From: Chiloscyllium plagiosum
Taxonomy: Eukaryota
Direction of reading: 5' to 3'
NCBI RefSeq assembly: GCF_004010195.1
Contig: NC_057753.1
Coordinates: 9,078,466 to 9,142,465, forward strand
Length of the DNA stretch: 64,000 nt
Shown in pieces: positions 39,780-51,089 of the stretch (positions are counted from its first letter, which is position 1; the number at the start of each line of letters is the position of its first letter). A program made the position numbers and the translations under genes. The notes beneath the pieces are model-generated. The model was given only the letters and a program-made list of their open reading frames with translations, ran no database searches and was not told the origin of the DNA.

Positions 39780-40369
39780 CAGGTCAGAGGAATTGCTGAA
39801 AGCTTTCCCGAACTCTGGGCAGCTGAAGGGCCTCTCCACCGTGTGGACCTGCTGATTGGCCAGCAGCTTGGAGGAATCGCTGAAGGCCTTCCCACACTCT
39901 AGGCAGCGGAAGGGCCTCTCCATGATGGGGACCCGCCGGTGCCTCAGCAGGTTGGAGGAGTCGCTGAAGGCCTTCCCGCACTCGGGGCAGCTGACTGGCC
40001 TCTCCCCAGTGTGGACTCGCTGGTGCTTCAGCAGGTCTGAGGAATTGCTGAAGGCCTTCCCGCACTCGTGGCAACTGAAGAGCATTTCTCCTGTGTGGAA
40101 TCGCTGTTGAGTCTGGAGGTTGTACACCCAGGTGAACCCTTTCACACACACGGAGCAGTAAAACGTCCTCTCACCAGTATGTATATGCTGGTGGGTGAGC
40201 AGGAACAGAAGCAAGTAAAGCTCTTCGCCCGTTCTGTGCAGGAGAATGGCCTCTACCCAGTGTGATTGCACTGATGAGCCTCCAGGACAGATGGGAGGCG
40301 GAAGCCCTTCCTGCAGTGGCCACACTTCCATGGTTTCTCAACGGGGCGGGATTCCTCGGGTTTCTCCAT
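39780..40369 (-). pseudogene. C2H2 zinc-finger array pseudogene (~7 fingers, one clearly intact in the long frame)
   Basis: Starts MEKPEESRPVEKPWKCGHCRKGF at 40369, then a stop and a frameshift. The downstream frame gives SCHECGKAFSNSSDLLKHQRVHTGERP etc., with Zn-ligand losses (H>Q, H>P, H>N, C>F). The array ends next to the SINE. Confidence 0.9.
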
Positions 40370-40619
40370 GGCCGAAGCTTCAGGTGCACACAAACGTATG
40401 TACAATTCCTCCCCGCTGTGAATCCCTCTTTCCAGGCAGTATCACTGTTTCAGGTTCAACACTCAGTGCTCTGCAACAGTCGGATCTCTCAACCAGTCAC
40501 ACTGATGCTGAAACCTGGACTCAAACAGGAACCAAAAAGAAAGCTTTGATCCTTCCACAGAATGATAGTTGAAAATGGTGTGGTCCTGATGGATTGAGCG
40601 ACTGTCAGACATTGACGTG

Positions 40620-40735
40620 AAAGTGAGGACGCTGGAAAGTCAGAGTCAAAACGTGCGTCGCTGGAAAAGTGCAGTGCGTCAAGCAGCACCCGAGAAGCAG
40701 GGGAATCAACGTTTTAGACATAAGCCCTTCATCTG
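40620..40735 (-). mobile_element. Penelope-like terminal fragment inserted in the ZNF upstream exon region
   Basis: GCTGGAAAAGTGCAG..GTCAAGCAGCA...GAATCAACGTTTTAGACATAAGCCCTTCATC, same family as 933-1066 and 57095-57222. Confidence 0.72.
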
Positions 40736-40904
40736 TTGATTTTGAAACTTCCGTCTTCAGATCTTCAGATAGTCTGTAAAACGAGATTACAACAGTCATC
40801 ACTGCCAGTCCGGTTAAGAATGAGACATCAAGGCATTGACACCGACACCAACACCAGAGAGAAACTGAACATACAGATGTGGCAATATTAGTGGCAAGCC
40901 AGAG

Positions 40905-41150
40905 TGATAGAGATATGTAGGACAGAAACAGACCCTTCGGTCTAATTCGTCCGTGCCAACTAGATAACCGAACCTAATCTCGGCCGATTTGCCAGCATTT
41001 GGCCCATATCAACTAAACCCTTCCTAATCGTATACCCATCCAGATGTCTTTTAATGGTCATAATTGTACCAGTACCCACCACTTCCTCTGGCAGCTCTTT
41101 CCTTAAACACACCACTTTCTGCATGAAAGACTTGTCCCTTAGGTCCCTAT
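40905..41150 (-). mobile_element. CR1-clade LINE 3' end fragment
   Basis: Reverse complement of the same tail as 42773-43094. Confidence 0.8.
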
Positions 41151-42772
41151 TTTAAGTTCTTTTGCTTGAGATTCTTACACACTTGATGCCACTGCAATAC
41201 GCCAAGTTCTGTGAACAACCAAACTTTTTTAAGCAAGTTCAGTACAAGATGTGGAGAAACTCTTAACATTTTTCACAATGCTTGCACACCACAGTACCAA
41301 AAAACCCCAAACCCCTTAAACATACAGTAAAACTGAAACAGAGGCTTCCAGTTGAAGTTGAAAGGGCATCAGGAGAGAGTGTTTAGCACCCTTTCTCCAC
41401 ACAGTCCAGTGCTTAACTCACCCAAACAAGACTTCAGCTTTCAGGACTGACTACTCCCTTTCATTATACAGGTCACTTCTAAAACATAAAAGCTTTGGCC
41501 TCAAGTCTCATCCATTCACATATAATCAAAAATGCCTCCCAATACGCATTTTTCATCTCTGTACTAAACCAGTCGCTTCAGAGCCCGGGTCTTTTTACTA
41601 CCATTCTGAAAAAAACCAAGGACACAGCATCTTTGAGAAGAAGGACTAGCTTTTAGAAAAATGACAACATTGTGGCAGAGGGATATCGGCCAAACACTGG
41701 CAGGTGGGATTAGATTAGAACATACCGTGGAGTAGTTGGACTGAAGGGACTGTTTCTGTGCTGTTTGACTCAGTAAGAGAGAGAAGCAACAGCACAAGCA
41801 GCAGCTTCATCACCTCATGGTCGCCCTTCCGCAGTCAGACAATGGCTGGCGGGGGGGGGGGGGGGTGTCTCTGATTGGGAGGAGGACCACACTCCTTCCG
41901 GTCCTCCAGGACTTCCTATTGGCCCAGCAAAGGAAGGTCACGTGCAGTTTCCGCAGACAGCAAGGAGCATGCACAGGTTTTGCTGACACCAGCGAACATG
42001 CGCAGGATTTGTTGTCACCGAGGAGCATGCGCAAGATGCTGTGTAAAGTTGCTGGGGTTTTTGACAGGTTTTGTGCCCAAATGACAATCGGAGACAAGAA
42101 AGGATTGAGCGACATTTTTTATTTACCCTGCGGTTCGACATTTCATTCCGTTTGAATTTTATTTGACTACTCATCTTTTCCCCGGGTTAGGGGACTCCCA
42201 AACTGGAGGGCATGGGTTGAGGGTGAGAATGGTCTCCTCCTATTCTTCGTCGGTTTCCTCTGAACTGAATCGCAAACCCACTTCTCTGAGATGCCGTGAG
42301 CTGATAAAGTTGAAATGCATTCCTTGTGGTTTCGTGCCTTCCCTGCAGTAATTCGCCACGCCGGTTCCGACGTGAATGACATGATGATCCGCATGTCAGA
42401 AACCGCATCTTGGTGACAGAATGAAACCATCTTTCCTATTCACTCAATGTCGTCTTTAGCAGCCTTCCCATATAACGGCGCACTGTTGTGCATCTCGCCT
42501 TCTCATCTGCTTCCCAAAAAACGTCGACGTAAATATTTCACATTGATGCACAGGCCCAATGTGCACAGTTGAGATGACACACTCGTGGAGATCTGCGGGG
42601 TCTTTTCCTGTTCTCTGTACCCTATGTTGAGGAGAGCAATGCTTGTCACTGGTCACTCCGGCGTCAGAGAAAAGTTTAGAAAGAAAATGGTTTAATTTTC
42701 TGCCTATAGAGAGGGCCCGGTTCCTGGGGACGGGCAAACGGCAGCAGAGAGACAGAATGAGGAGGCAACTGT

Positions 42773-43094
42773 TCATAGAGTCATGGAGATGTACAGCATG
42801 GAAACAGACCCTTGGTTCCAACCCGTCCATGCCGATCAGATATCCCATCCCAATCTAGTCCCACCTGCCAGCACCCGGCCCATATACCTCCAAACACTTC
42901 CTATTCATATATCCATCCAAACACCTCTTAAATGTTGCAATTGTACCAGCCTCCGCCACTTTCTCTGGCAGCTCATTCCATATACGCACCACCCTCTGCA
43001 TAAAAATGTTGCCCCTTAGGTCTCTTTTATATCTTTCCCTTCTCACCCTAAATCAATGCCCTCTAGTTCTTGAGTCCTCGACCCCAGGGAAAAG
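42773..43094 (-). mobile_element. CR1-clade LINE 3' end, relatively well preserved
   Basis: RYKRDLRGNIFMQRVVRIWNELPEKVAEAGTIATFKRCLDGYMNRK translation; tail GGGTCTGTTTCCATGCTGTACATCTCCATGACTCTATGA. Confidence 0.9.
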
Positions 43095-43449
43095 CCCGCG
43101 TTCCATTACTTATGCAAAAGTGCCCGTTTAATTTTCTCAAAAAGCATCTTCGTTAAACGGTTGGGCTCCCTGGAGTACCAATGGGGCAGATAGCAGGGAA
43201 GTGAAATGGTTGGAGATAGCGTTGAATAGGTTGACGTGAGTGGTGCGGTGTTTGAGGAATGTCAGCGATGAGGGTCGATTGGAAGTTTGGGACAGCTCTT
43301 CTCGGAGAACAGAAGTTTGAAATCTGCCCCGATTGAAGCTTTCCAAGTCACGCAAAGTCTAGACAGAGAAAGTAATGTAGTCAAAATTCTCCCACACCTG
43401 AAAGGATCGGCAGAGTTTAAAAATCATGAGGAAAAGAACCAAAAGTGAC

Positions 43450-43572
43450 TTGAGGAAGGAGCGTCGCTCGAAAGCTAGTGTGCTTCCAATTAAACCTGTT
43501 AGACGATAACCTGGTGTTGTGTGATTTTTAACTTTGTACACCGCAGTCCAACACCAGCATCTCCAAATCATG
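43450..43572 (+). mobile_element. short interspersed repeat with a degenerate hammerhead-like motif (second family; related copy near 39160-39310)
   Basis: TTGAGGAAGGAGCGTCGCTCGAAAGCTAG..AATTAAACCTGTT.GAC.ATAACCTGGTGTTGTGTGA. Confidence 0.55.
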
Positions 43573-43574
43573 AC

Positions 43575-43870
43575 TGACAGGAATTTACTGTGTCTGGCCT
43601 CTTGCTATCTCATACTTGAAGGCTTCCCATTTTCCAGCAGTCCTTTAACCTGCGAAAATCTGCCCCCAATCAGCTTTTGAAAGATCTTGCCTAATTCCTG
43701 AGACTTCCTCCAATTTAGAAGTTCAACGTTTAGATCTGATATATTATTTTCAATCACTATTCTAATGTTAATAGAATTATGGTTGCTGGCCCTTAGGTTT
43801 TGCACCCTCGCCAGTATGTACATCCACATTGTGAATTAGAAAATTTCCTTGTTCACACTTAACAAATTCC
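43575..43870 (-). mobile_element. CR1-clade ORF2 fragment (end of the endonuclease domain and linker)
   Basis: Minus strand EEFVKCEQGNFL...HTGEGA and SNHNSINIRIV...LLNWRK, similar to the CR1 SDHN..F / LNW.KA region. Confidence 0.65.
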
Positions 43871-43989
43871 TCTATTTCGCGGATCAGTAAATGGGCAGGA
43901 GCTATACCTTGGTTCCACTCTACCTTCATTCCCATCAACCGTAACCCCATTCCCACCCCAATAGTCCAACAGCACTTTCCCCTACAACT

Positions 43990-44640
43990 GCCGAATATGT
44001 GACACCAGCCCATTTACCTGCTCCCTCCTCATTATTCAAGGGCCCAAACTTACCTTCCAGGTGAAGCGGCACTTTACCCGCACTACCCATAACCCAGTCT
44101 ACTACATTTGCTGCTCACAATGTGGTCTCATCTGCAATGGGGAAAACGAAGCATAGACTGGGTGACTGCTGCACATAACAGCTGCGCTCTGCCCGCAAAA
44201 AAGACCCTGACCTTCGAATTGCCTGCCACGTCCACACCCCACCTTGTTCCCTGGCCAACATCTCTGTCTCAGGTTTGCTGTATTGTCCCAGCGAAGCTCA
44301 GAACCAGCAGAACGAAGAGCACCGAATATTACACTTGGGGACCTGACATCCCTCCGGTCCCAATATCGAATTCAATAATTCTAGGGCCTGAAATCCATAG
44401 TATCCTCGTCCCTTCCACACACACCAAGCCTTGTTATCACATAGTCTGTCATTCCACATTATTTAGCCACGAACAGTCTTCATTCACCCTCCCACGCAGA
44501 TCGTTATCAACTCCTTTTTCTGTCCAACAGTTCTTCCTTCGCTTTGGGCTCTGTCCTGATCTCCGCCTTCCTTCCACAATATCTCCTGCATATAAACCGA
44601 CATTTTCCCAATCACCATCAGTTCTGTGGAAGGGTCACCG
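43990..44640 (+). mobile_element. Penelope-like element 3' fragment (GIY-YIG region)
   Basis: CRICDT.PF, FQVKRHFT.T..N.VYYICCSQCGLI..GE.K.RLGD; paralogous to 51090-51740. Confidence 0.78.
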
Positions 44641-44849
44641 GCAACTCCTGTTTTTTTGTTTCTGAAATACAGCATCCGCAATTCTTTCAGATTTTTTTGA
44701 GAGAGTTGGAAATTGTTTCGAGAGACAGAAAGAGAAGGTGGAGAAACAGAACAGACATGAACTTTTGATCTCCGTTGTGACACATAACGTAAAATCATTG
44801 CAGTACGATCACTTCCCTTAAGCATGAATAGAGGTCCGGTGCCAACCGT

Positions 44850-44921
44850 GAGCTTGTGGCGCAGCGGTAGCACGTCTAACTCCAAATCAGAAGGTTGTGT
44901 ATTCAAATCACGTCAGGCTCA
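44850..44921 (+). tRNA. tRNA-Trp(CCA), probably pseudogene
   Basis: 72 nt colinear with vertebrate tRNA-Trp. Acceptor stem GAGCTTG/CAGGCTC is fully paired and the anticodon loop is CTCCAAA. There is one mismatch each in the D, anticodon and T stems, including G53>A in the B box. Confidence 0.85.
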
Positions 44922-45793
44922 CTAAAATAAACTTCTTACATTTCAAATCAAGAAAGGAGTGCGTTCACTCCGTACATCTCTTCAGCCAAATCTTGTTTGC
45001 GGAAACTTTCGATCACACGTGAAGCTTTGCTGTCAGTTTGATTTGTGAACACTGTGTCAGGGAGGTGGTGTGCCCATTGTTTGGGTAAATGCTCAGCTCC
45101 CCGCAATGTGAGAAGTAAAACACAAATTGTTCATCATGGGATTTAAACACACAGCCGCTTCGTTCAGTTGGTGACAGTGTATAACATTATACCGATATTT
45201 TTACAACATAATGTAGAGATTACCAGCTTTGTGTTTCAATCTATCAGAATGTCCCAGCTCATCCTGTTATAGCAGAGTGACCGCGAGTTCAGATAGAAAT
45301 GTTTCCCACAAACAGCAAATCCTTTCCTCTCACTGGGCACAGATAAATTTATCTGTATTCAACAGAAGGAGCGGAAACTACAGTCTGACGGCCCCTCTCC
45401 ACATTAAAGGTGAGCCTGAGTTTTATAAACGGTGTCAGTAAAATCCAGTGGCGGACACTGATTTGATTCAATCGTTTTTTTTTTTGCCAAGCGTAATTCA
45501 CCGAGAGGATGCTGCTGTGTGAAACAGCGTGGGGAATTACTGCAGGGCCTCCTGCGCATGGGACACACCGCAACTGATGTGTTTCACCTTCACCAGTTTA
45601 TTCCTAACTCGGAGAAGAGAGGTTTGATGATTCGGAGCATAGCAGCCAGACAGAGAACAGGAGAAGAGCACTCAGACCTTCACAAGCTTGTCTCCACAGT
45701 TGGGTCATCGTGGCCCGTGTATCGGTATGGGATAGTGAGCTGCATCTACTGACTGGAAGCACAGCAAATTGGAGTGCTGGTGGGACTATCACA

Positions 45794-45862
45794 CAGGAGA
45801 AAACGGCTTCGACCTATCAACTGGAGTGGCTCCCAATGCTCAACTCCGCTCACCTCAACTGA
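45794..45862 (-). pseudogene. highly degenerate tRNA-iMet-like remnant
   Basis: Minus-strand 3' end GTTGATAGGTCGAAGCCGTTTTCTCCTG resembles iMet GTCGATGGATCGAAACCATCCTCTGCTA; same position in the repeat unit as 49078-49150. Confidence 0.45.
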
Positions 45863-46791
45863 ATAACTGTAAACAAATTACTCCGTGATTCAAAGGAATA
45901 CTCGGTTTGAATCTGCATTGTGTCATGTATCTTCGAGAATGATGTCAAAACACCTTCATTGCTGTGATGGAGTATCCTGGTGGGCAGAATATATCCATTG
46001 TCAAATTTCCTACGTTCTGTTGGTCCAACTCCGATTTCACTCAGAATCACAAAATGTGTGACAGCGCAAACTGAGGCCATGCAGCCCACCTTAGCTCTGC
46101 TGGTTCGACACAATATGTACATAAGTGCCTCATTCTGTCGCCTTCTCCCTGTAAATCTGCACATTGTTACATTGAACATGCCCCACCGAATTCCCTTTTG
46201 TGTCCATTGAATCTGCCTCTTTGTCACTGTCAGACAGCGACTTACTGGCCCTGCTCCCTGTGCGAAAACGGTCTTCCTAATGTCACTTTTACTTATTTTC
46301 CTGATGACTTTAAATCTCTGCCAAATCGTTCTTGATCTTTTCAGGCCTGGGAGCATTTTCACTGCATTATTTCCTCTGTCTAAAACCCTCATAACGTGGA
46401 AAACTTCAATCAGGCCAGCTTTCAGCCCTCTGTTCTCCAAAGAGAGCTGCCCCAAACTTTCCAATCTCCCTTAATTGCTGACATTCCTCAAGACGGTAAT
46501 ATCCACGTTAACCTGTTCAGCGCCGTCTGCAATCACTTCACCTCCCCGCTTCCTGAAGTATCACGCTCAGAATTGAGCGTAATACAGGTGGAAGATTCAT
46601 TCAGACTCGGATTGCGCGGGCGAAAAATCTGCAATACTTGTTTTCACTTTGAACACGTGTTTCCCTTTGCCGTGTTCACTGCAATGACAGCTCTGCGCCG
46701 TCCCTAATTCAGGCAGTCCGATCTTATTTAACGAAGCGGCTTTTTGAGAAAATTGATCGGGCATTTTTGCTCAGGTCAATTTAAGAAACGA

Positions 46792-46882
46792 TGGTTCGCC
46801 TTGGATTGGAACCCGGGAACACTCACACGTCTGCATTCGCTAAAGGACCCAAAGCTAGAATCATATCCCAGACTAACGAGCC
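46792..46882 (-). pseudogene. intron-containing tRNA-Pro(TGG) pseudogene (20-nt intron at 46828-46847)
   Basis: Minus strand GGCTCGTTAGTCTGGGATATGATTCTAGCTTTGGG[TCCTTTAGCGAATGCAGACG]TGTGAGTGTTCCCGGGTTCCAATCCAAGGCGAACCA; the exons align to vertebrate tRNA-Pro; T and acceptor stems are mutated. Confidence 0.85.
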
Positions 46883-47685
46883 ACCAGCCATTGGTGCAGC
46901 CACCTCGTAAAGCAGCTGAGACTTGCTCAGTACGAATTACATTGTACATTGCTCCCAGAATTGCAAGCAGCGAAGAGTTTCAAGAACATCTGCTTCTCAA
47001 TCTGTCTCCCTGCTCCCAGGACGCTGTTGTTTGTACTGTCTCCAGGGACCGGGCTCTCTCCACTGGTGGATAATTGAACCATTTTGTTTCTACTTACAAG
47101 CTGTGCTGGTGGAAGAAGGAGCCCATTCGCTCTTCTGCTCTCTCTCTCACACTAGTACGTGAGGCAGGATAAGTCACTTACAGAAATGCGTAGGAAATGG
47201 GCAACTTTGAACTTGTTCCAAACGTCCTGTTAACGGAGAAACAGAAAGATGCTGTGCTGCTGGCACAGAGAGAAATGGACACCGGAGACTCTTCCCTCAG
47301 GTAAATTGGTATGAGTGCATTTTTTTGCTCAGAATTTGTCTTCACACAGCAAGCTTGCAGAACCAAAGACCTGCAGCCTTTTGTTACACGGCTTTTGGTT
47401 TCTTTACTGCAGGAATTGGACAAAAACAGCATGTGTTTCAACTTCACCGGTTCATTGCCACCTGAGAGAAGAGGTTTCACACTTGAGATCAGGACACACC
47501 GATAGAGAACAGGACAAGCCAACTCAGAGCTCCACAAGGGTGCCAGCGCAACTGTGTAAATTTGACTTGTGTATCGATGTGTCATATTGAGCTCAGATAC
47601 ACGAAGTTTTGGAAGCAGATGACAAGGTAAGGGGAGAGCAGAGCGCCGTTATACGAGAAAGCTACTAAAGACGACATTGAGTAAA

Positions 47686-47748
47686 TAGGAGAAAATGGTT
47701 TCGCTTCTGGGTTGTGATCCCAACATGCATCTGCTGTGCCATTCTACT
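47686..47748 (-). pseudogene. tRNA-iMet pseudogene with ~9-nt deletion
   Basis: Minus strand AGTAGAATGGCACAGCAGATGCATGTTGGGATCACAACCCAGAAGCGAAACCATTTTCTCCTA. Confidence 0.7.
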
Positions 47749-49077
47749 GCATTGCACGGCAGCTTTCCCGAGTATTCAGTGAAAAGTATTCAGCTTTTCA
47801 TCTGGCGTGTGACTTGCTCGTTCGAAAATGATATCAAAAGATCTTCACTGCTGTAGTGTCATGTGCTGTTGTGCAGACATGTCGCCGATGTGCAAATATA
47901 AACTCAGAGAGCAATGTACATCGGAGACTGTGAGCCAGCTGAAACTTGCTCAGTGTGAAGCATTCCACATTGCTCCAAGAATTGCAAGCAGCAAAGCGTT
48001 TCCAGAACATCTGCTTGTCATTCTGTCCCCGGGGCGCTCATCCCCAGGAACTGGACTCTCTATACTGGCCGATAATTAAACCAATTTGTTTCTACTTGCA
48101 AGCTGTTCTGGGGGGAGGGAAGAACCCATTCGATCTTCTGCTCCCTCTCTCCATCCCTTGAGGTGAGAGGTATCACTTACATTAATGCGTGGGAAGTGAG
48201 TAACTTTGATTGTGAATTTCCTGCAAAGGTCTGTTGTCGGAGAGATAGAAAGATGCTGTGCTGGCGGGGCAGAGAGAAATGGACACCGAGGACTCTTCCC
48301 TCAAGTAAATTCAACTGAGTACACTGTTGTGCAACCTGTTTGGTGTTCAGAATTCGTCTTCACGCAGCAATCTTATGGAAAGTCTATTGCAAAGTGGGCA
48401 TCGTTTTCTTTGCTGCGACCGCGCAGCTGTTAACATCTGAGCCCCAAGTGCCCCAGATGAAGAGAATCCGAGTGAAACCTTCACTCACTGAGAGTCATCC
48501 CCACGGCCCTGAGCTGAGGGACTGCAGGCAGTCCAACACGGAAGGGACGGTGAAAAATGAACCATTTTTGCTCCCTCAGCCTCTCTGTCCCAGAGACAGG
48601 CAGTGGGACGGCATAAACACGTAGCATCATTCTACGCCGGCAGAGGCGGCCCAGCCCATCGTGTCCACGGCGACTCTCTGCACTTGTCTCTCTCTGAGGT
48701 GATTCACAATCAGCGATATCTGTCCTAATAGTAAGGGACTATGTCTGAGTGGTGATACGGTTTCTGACATGCTGATAATCTTGTCGTTCACGTCCGAACT
48801 GGCGTGGCGAATTACTGCAGGGAATGGACGAAACTGCAAGGCATATGTTTCAACTTTATCAGCTCACTGGCATCTCGGAGAAGTGGTTTTGCGAATCAGT
48901 TCATAGGAAACTGACGAAGAACAGGAGAAGACCACTCAGACCTCCAAAAAGCATGTTACTTGAACCGTGTGAATCGGTATGATACATGGCATTCAAGCAC
49001 TCAGGCAGTCGGTGCAAGATCCAGAACAGAGCACAGCACCATTACAAAAGAAAGCTGCTCAAGGAGCCATCGCGCAA

Positions 49078-49150
49078 CAGCAGAAGATGGCTTTGATCTA
49101 GCTACTTCAGGCCTATGAGACCTTGCACACTACCGCTACACCACACTGCT
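49078..49150 (-). pseudogene. tRNA-iMet(CAT) pseudogene
   Basis: Minus strand AGCAGTGTGGTGTAGCGGTAGTGTGCAAGGTCTCATAGGCCTGAAGTAGCTAGATCAAAGCCATCTTCTGCTG; retains the CAT anticodon and the iMet-type GATC T-loop. Confidence 0.75.
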
Positions 49151-49831
49151 CCCGCAAGGGAAATGCTTTCCACAGGTCCCTTCATGACTGATGTGGAAGA
49201 TATCCACTGCTGTCGTGCAATATGCTGTTGCGCAGACGTATGGATGCTGTAGAAATATAAACATGTTTTCGAAACTCACATTCTGTTGGTCGAACTGTGA
49301 ATTCATTCTGAATCACAGTATGTGTCACGGTGCAGACGGAGGCGATGCGGCCCACCTTCGCTCTGCTGGTTTGACACAGTAAGTAAACGTGTGTCTCTTG
49401 CCTTCTCCATGTAATTTTGCACATTGTTACTTTAAACATTACCACCGAATTCCCGTTTGCGTCTAATGAATCTGCCTCTTTGTCAGTGTCAGTTAGGGAT
49501 TTACTGACCCCAACCACTCCCTGTACGAAAGCGTTCTTCCCAATGTCACTTTTGGTTCTTTTCCTCATGACTTTAAAACACTGCCGAATCGTTGCGGATC
49601 CTTTCAGGCGTGGGAGCATTTTGACGACATTACTTTCTCTGTCTAGAGTTCGCATGACTTGGAAAGCTTCAATCGGGCCAGATTTCAAACTTCTATTCTC
49701 CGAGGAGAGCTATCCTAATTTTCCAGTCTTGCTTCATTGCTGACATTCCTTAAACACGGCACCACTCACATCAACGCAATATTCCATCATTTCACTTCAT
49801 TGCTTTCTGCCCTATTCGTACTCCAAGCAGG

Positions 49832-49946
49832 TAAAGTCAATGACTGCAGATGCTGGAAACCAGATTCTGGATTAGTGGTGCAGGAAAAGCACAGCAGTTC
49901 AGACAGCATCCGAGGAGTAGTAAAATCGACGTTTCGGGCAAAAGCC
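49832..49946 (-). mobile_element. Penelope-like terminal fragment
   Basis: CTGCAGATGCTGGAAACCAGATTCTGGATTAGTGGTGC.GGAA.AGCACAGCAGTTCAG.CAGCATC...GACGTTTCGGGCAAAAGCC; closest match in the window to 933-1066. Confidence 0.8.
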
Positions 49947-50011
49947 ACGACTTTAGCGAAGGTGGTTTTTGAGAAAGTTAACCGGGCACTCTTGCACAAG
50001 TCAGGAAACGC

Positions 50012-50088
50012 GGGCTGGTCTGGGACGTCGCGCAAGTCTACGTATTAGAAGACCCAAAGCGAGAATCATACCCCGAGACCAACGTGCC
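50012..50088 (-). pseudogene. intron-containing tRNA-Pro(TGG) pseudogene (18-nt intron at 50035-50052; 13-nt T-arm deletion)
   Basis: Minus strand GGCACGTTGGTCTCGGGGTATGATTCTCGCTTTGGG[TCTTCTAATACGTAGACT]TGCGCGACGTCCCAGACCAGCCC; the 5' exon is about 34/36 identical to the vertebrate consensus. Confidence 0.88.
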
Positions 50089-50521
50089 ACACCGAGAGCA
50101 CACAAGCACTCCCGCTCCACCTCTTTAACCAGCTGAGTCTTGCTCATTGTGAAATACATTTGACATTGCTCTGAGAATTGCAAGCGGCAAAGAGTTTGCA
50201 GAACAATTGCTTCTCATTCTGTCTCCCTGCTGCCGTTTGTCCCGAACCCAGGAACCGGGCTCCCTCCACTCGCAGAAAATTAAACCGTTTCTCTGACACC
50301 GGAGTGACCCGTGACAAGCATTGCCCTCCTCAACATAGGGTACAGAGAACAACAGAAGACCACTCAGACCTCTACGAGTGTGTCATCTCAATTGTGCACA
50401 TTGAGCCAGTATATAAATGTGAAATATTTATTTCGAAGTTTTTTGAGAAAGAAATGAGAAGGCGAGGTGCAGAACAGTGCGCCGTTATATGGGAAAGCTG
50501 CTAAAGACGACATTGACTGAA

Positions 50522-50584
50522 CAGGAGAGATGGTTTCCCTTTTGGGTGATGCTCCCATCACGCACTCGCAGACATATCGCCGTC
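50522..50584 (-). pseudogene. degenerate tRNA-iMet remnant sharing the deletion of 47686-47748
   Basis: Minus strand GCGTGATGGGAGCATCACCCAAAAGGGAAACCATCTCTCCTG; flank homologous to 47630-47690. Confidence 0.55.
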
Positions 50585-51089
50585 GTGCAAGTTTCAACTC
50601 TGTCTAAATTCCAACATTCTGTTTTTTCGAACTGTGATTTCTCTCAAAAGCACAAAATTTCAACACTTGCAACATTCTTACTTTACAAAGTTCTCATAGA
50701 TATATTCAGCAAACACCTGGAAGAAATTCTTCCAAACTTAACTGGGGAATTTCGGTTTGAGTGCTCTTGAACTTTAAGTGGAAGGACGGGGAGTTTGCCT
50801 CAAGGCTGTGTAATGTGGAGATGTGTTCCCCATGTTAACTGATAGTGGTTGACCATCCCAGTGCTTCCCGATGCAGGGCTGCCCTGACCCACAGGGAGGT
50901 TTCTTTGATAAACTGTCCCGGGGGCTTCCAGCCGTACCGTGACGTCATAGGGCGAGCCCCCGATGATGGCCTGCAGCTGCTGTGACACAATAATGATGCT
51001 GGCCCCGGAACATGAATACGAATTAGTTCATGAGTCACGTGGTATTGAATCATTCTATGGAAAGTTCTTTCAACTTCATGGATGTATAT

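Noticed and set aside
39714..40331. 205-aa zinc-finger ORF as a functional CDS
   Set aside because: The N-terminus is out of frame with the real finger array, most fingers have lost Zn ligands, and the C-terminus is SINE sequence.
41150..41672. Possible solo LTR (also 37000-37750)
   Set aside because: The composition is suggestive, but I could not identify paired termini, a TSD, a PBS or a second copy.
45120..45200. Possible minus-strand intron-containing tRNA remnant (Ile-TAT-like)
   Set aside because: Only weak end similarity; no convincing cloverleaf.
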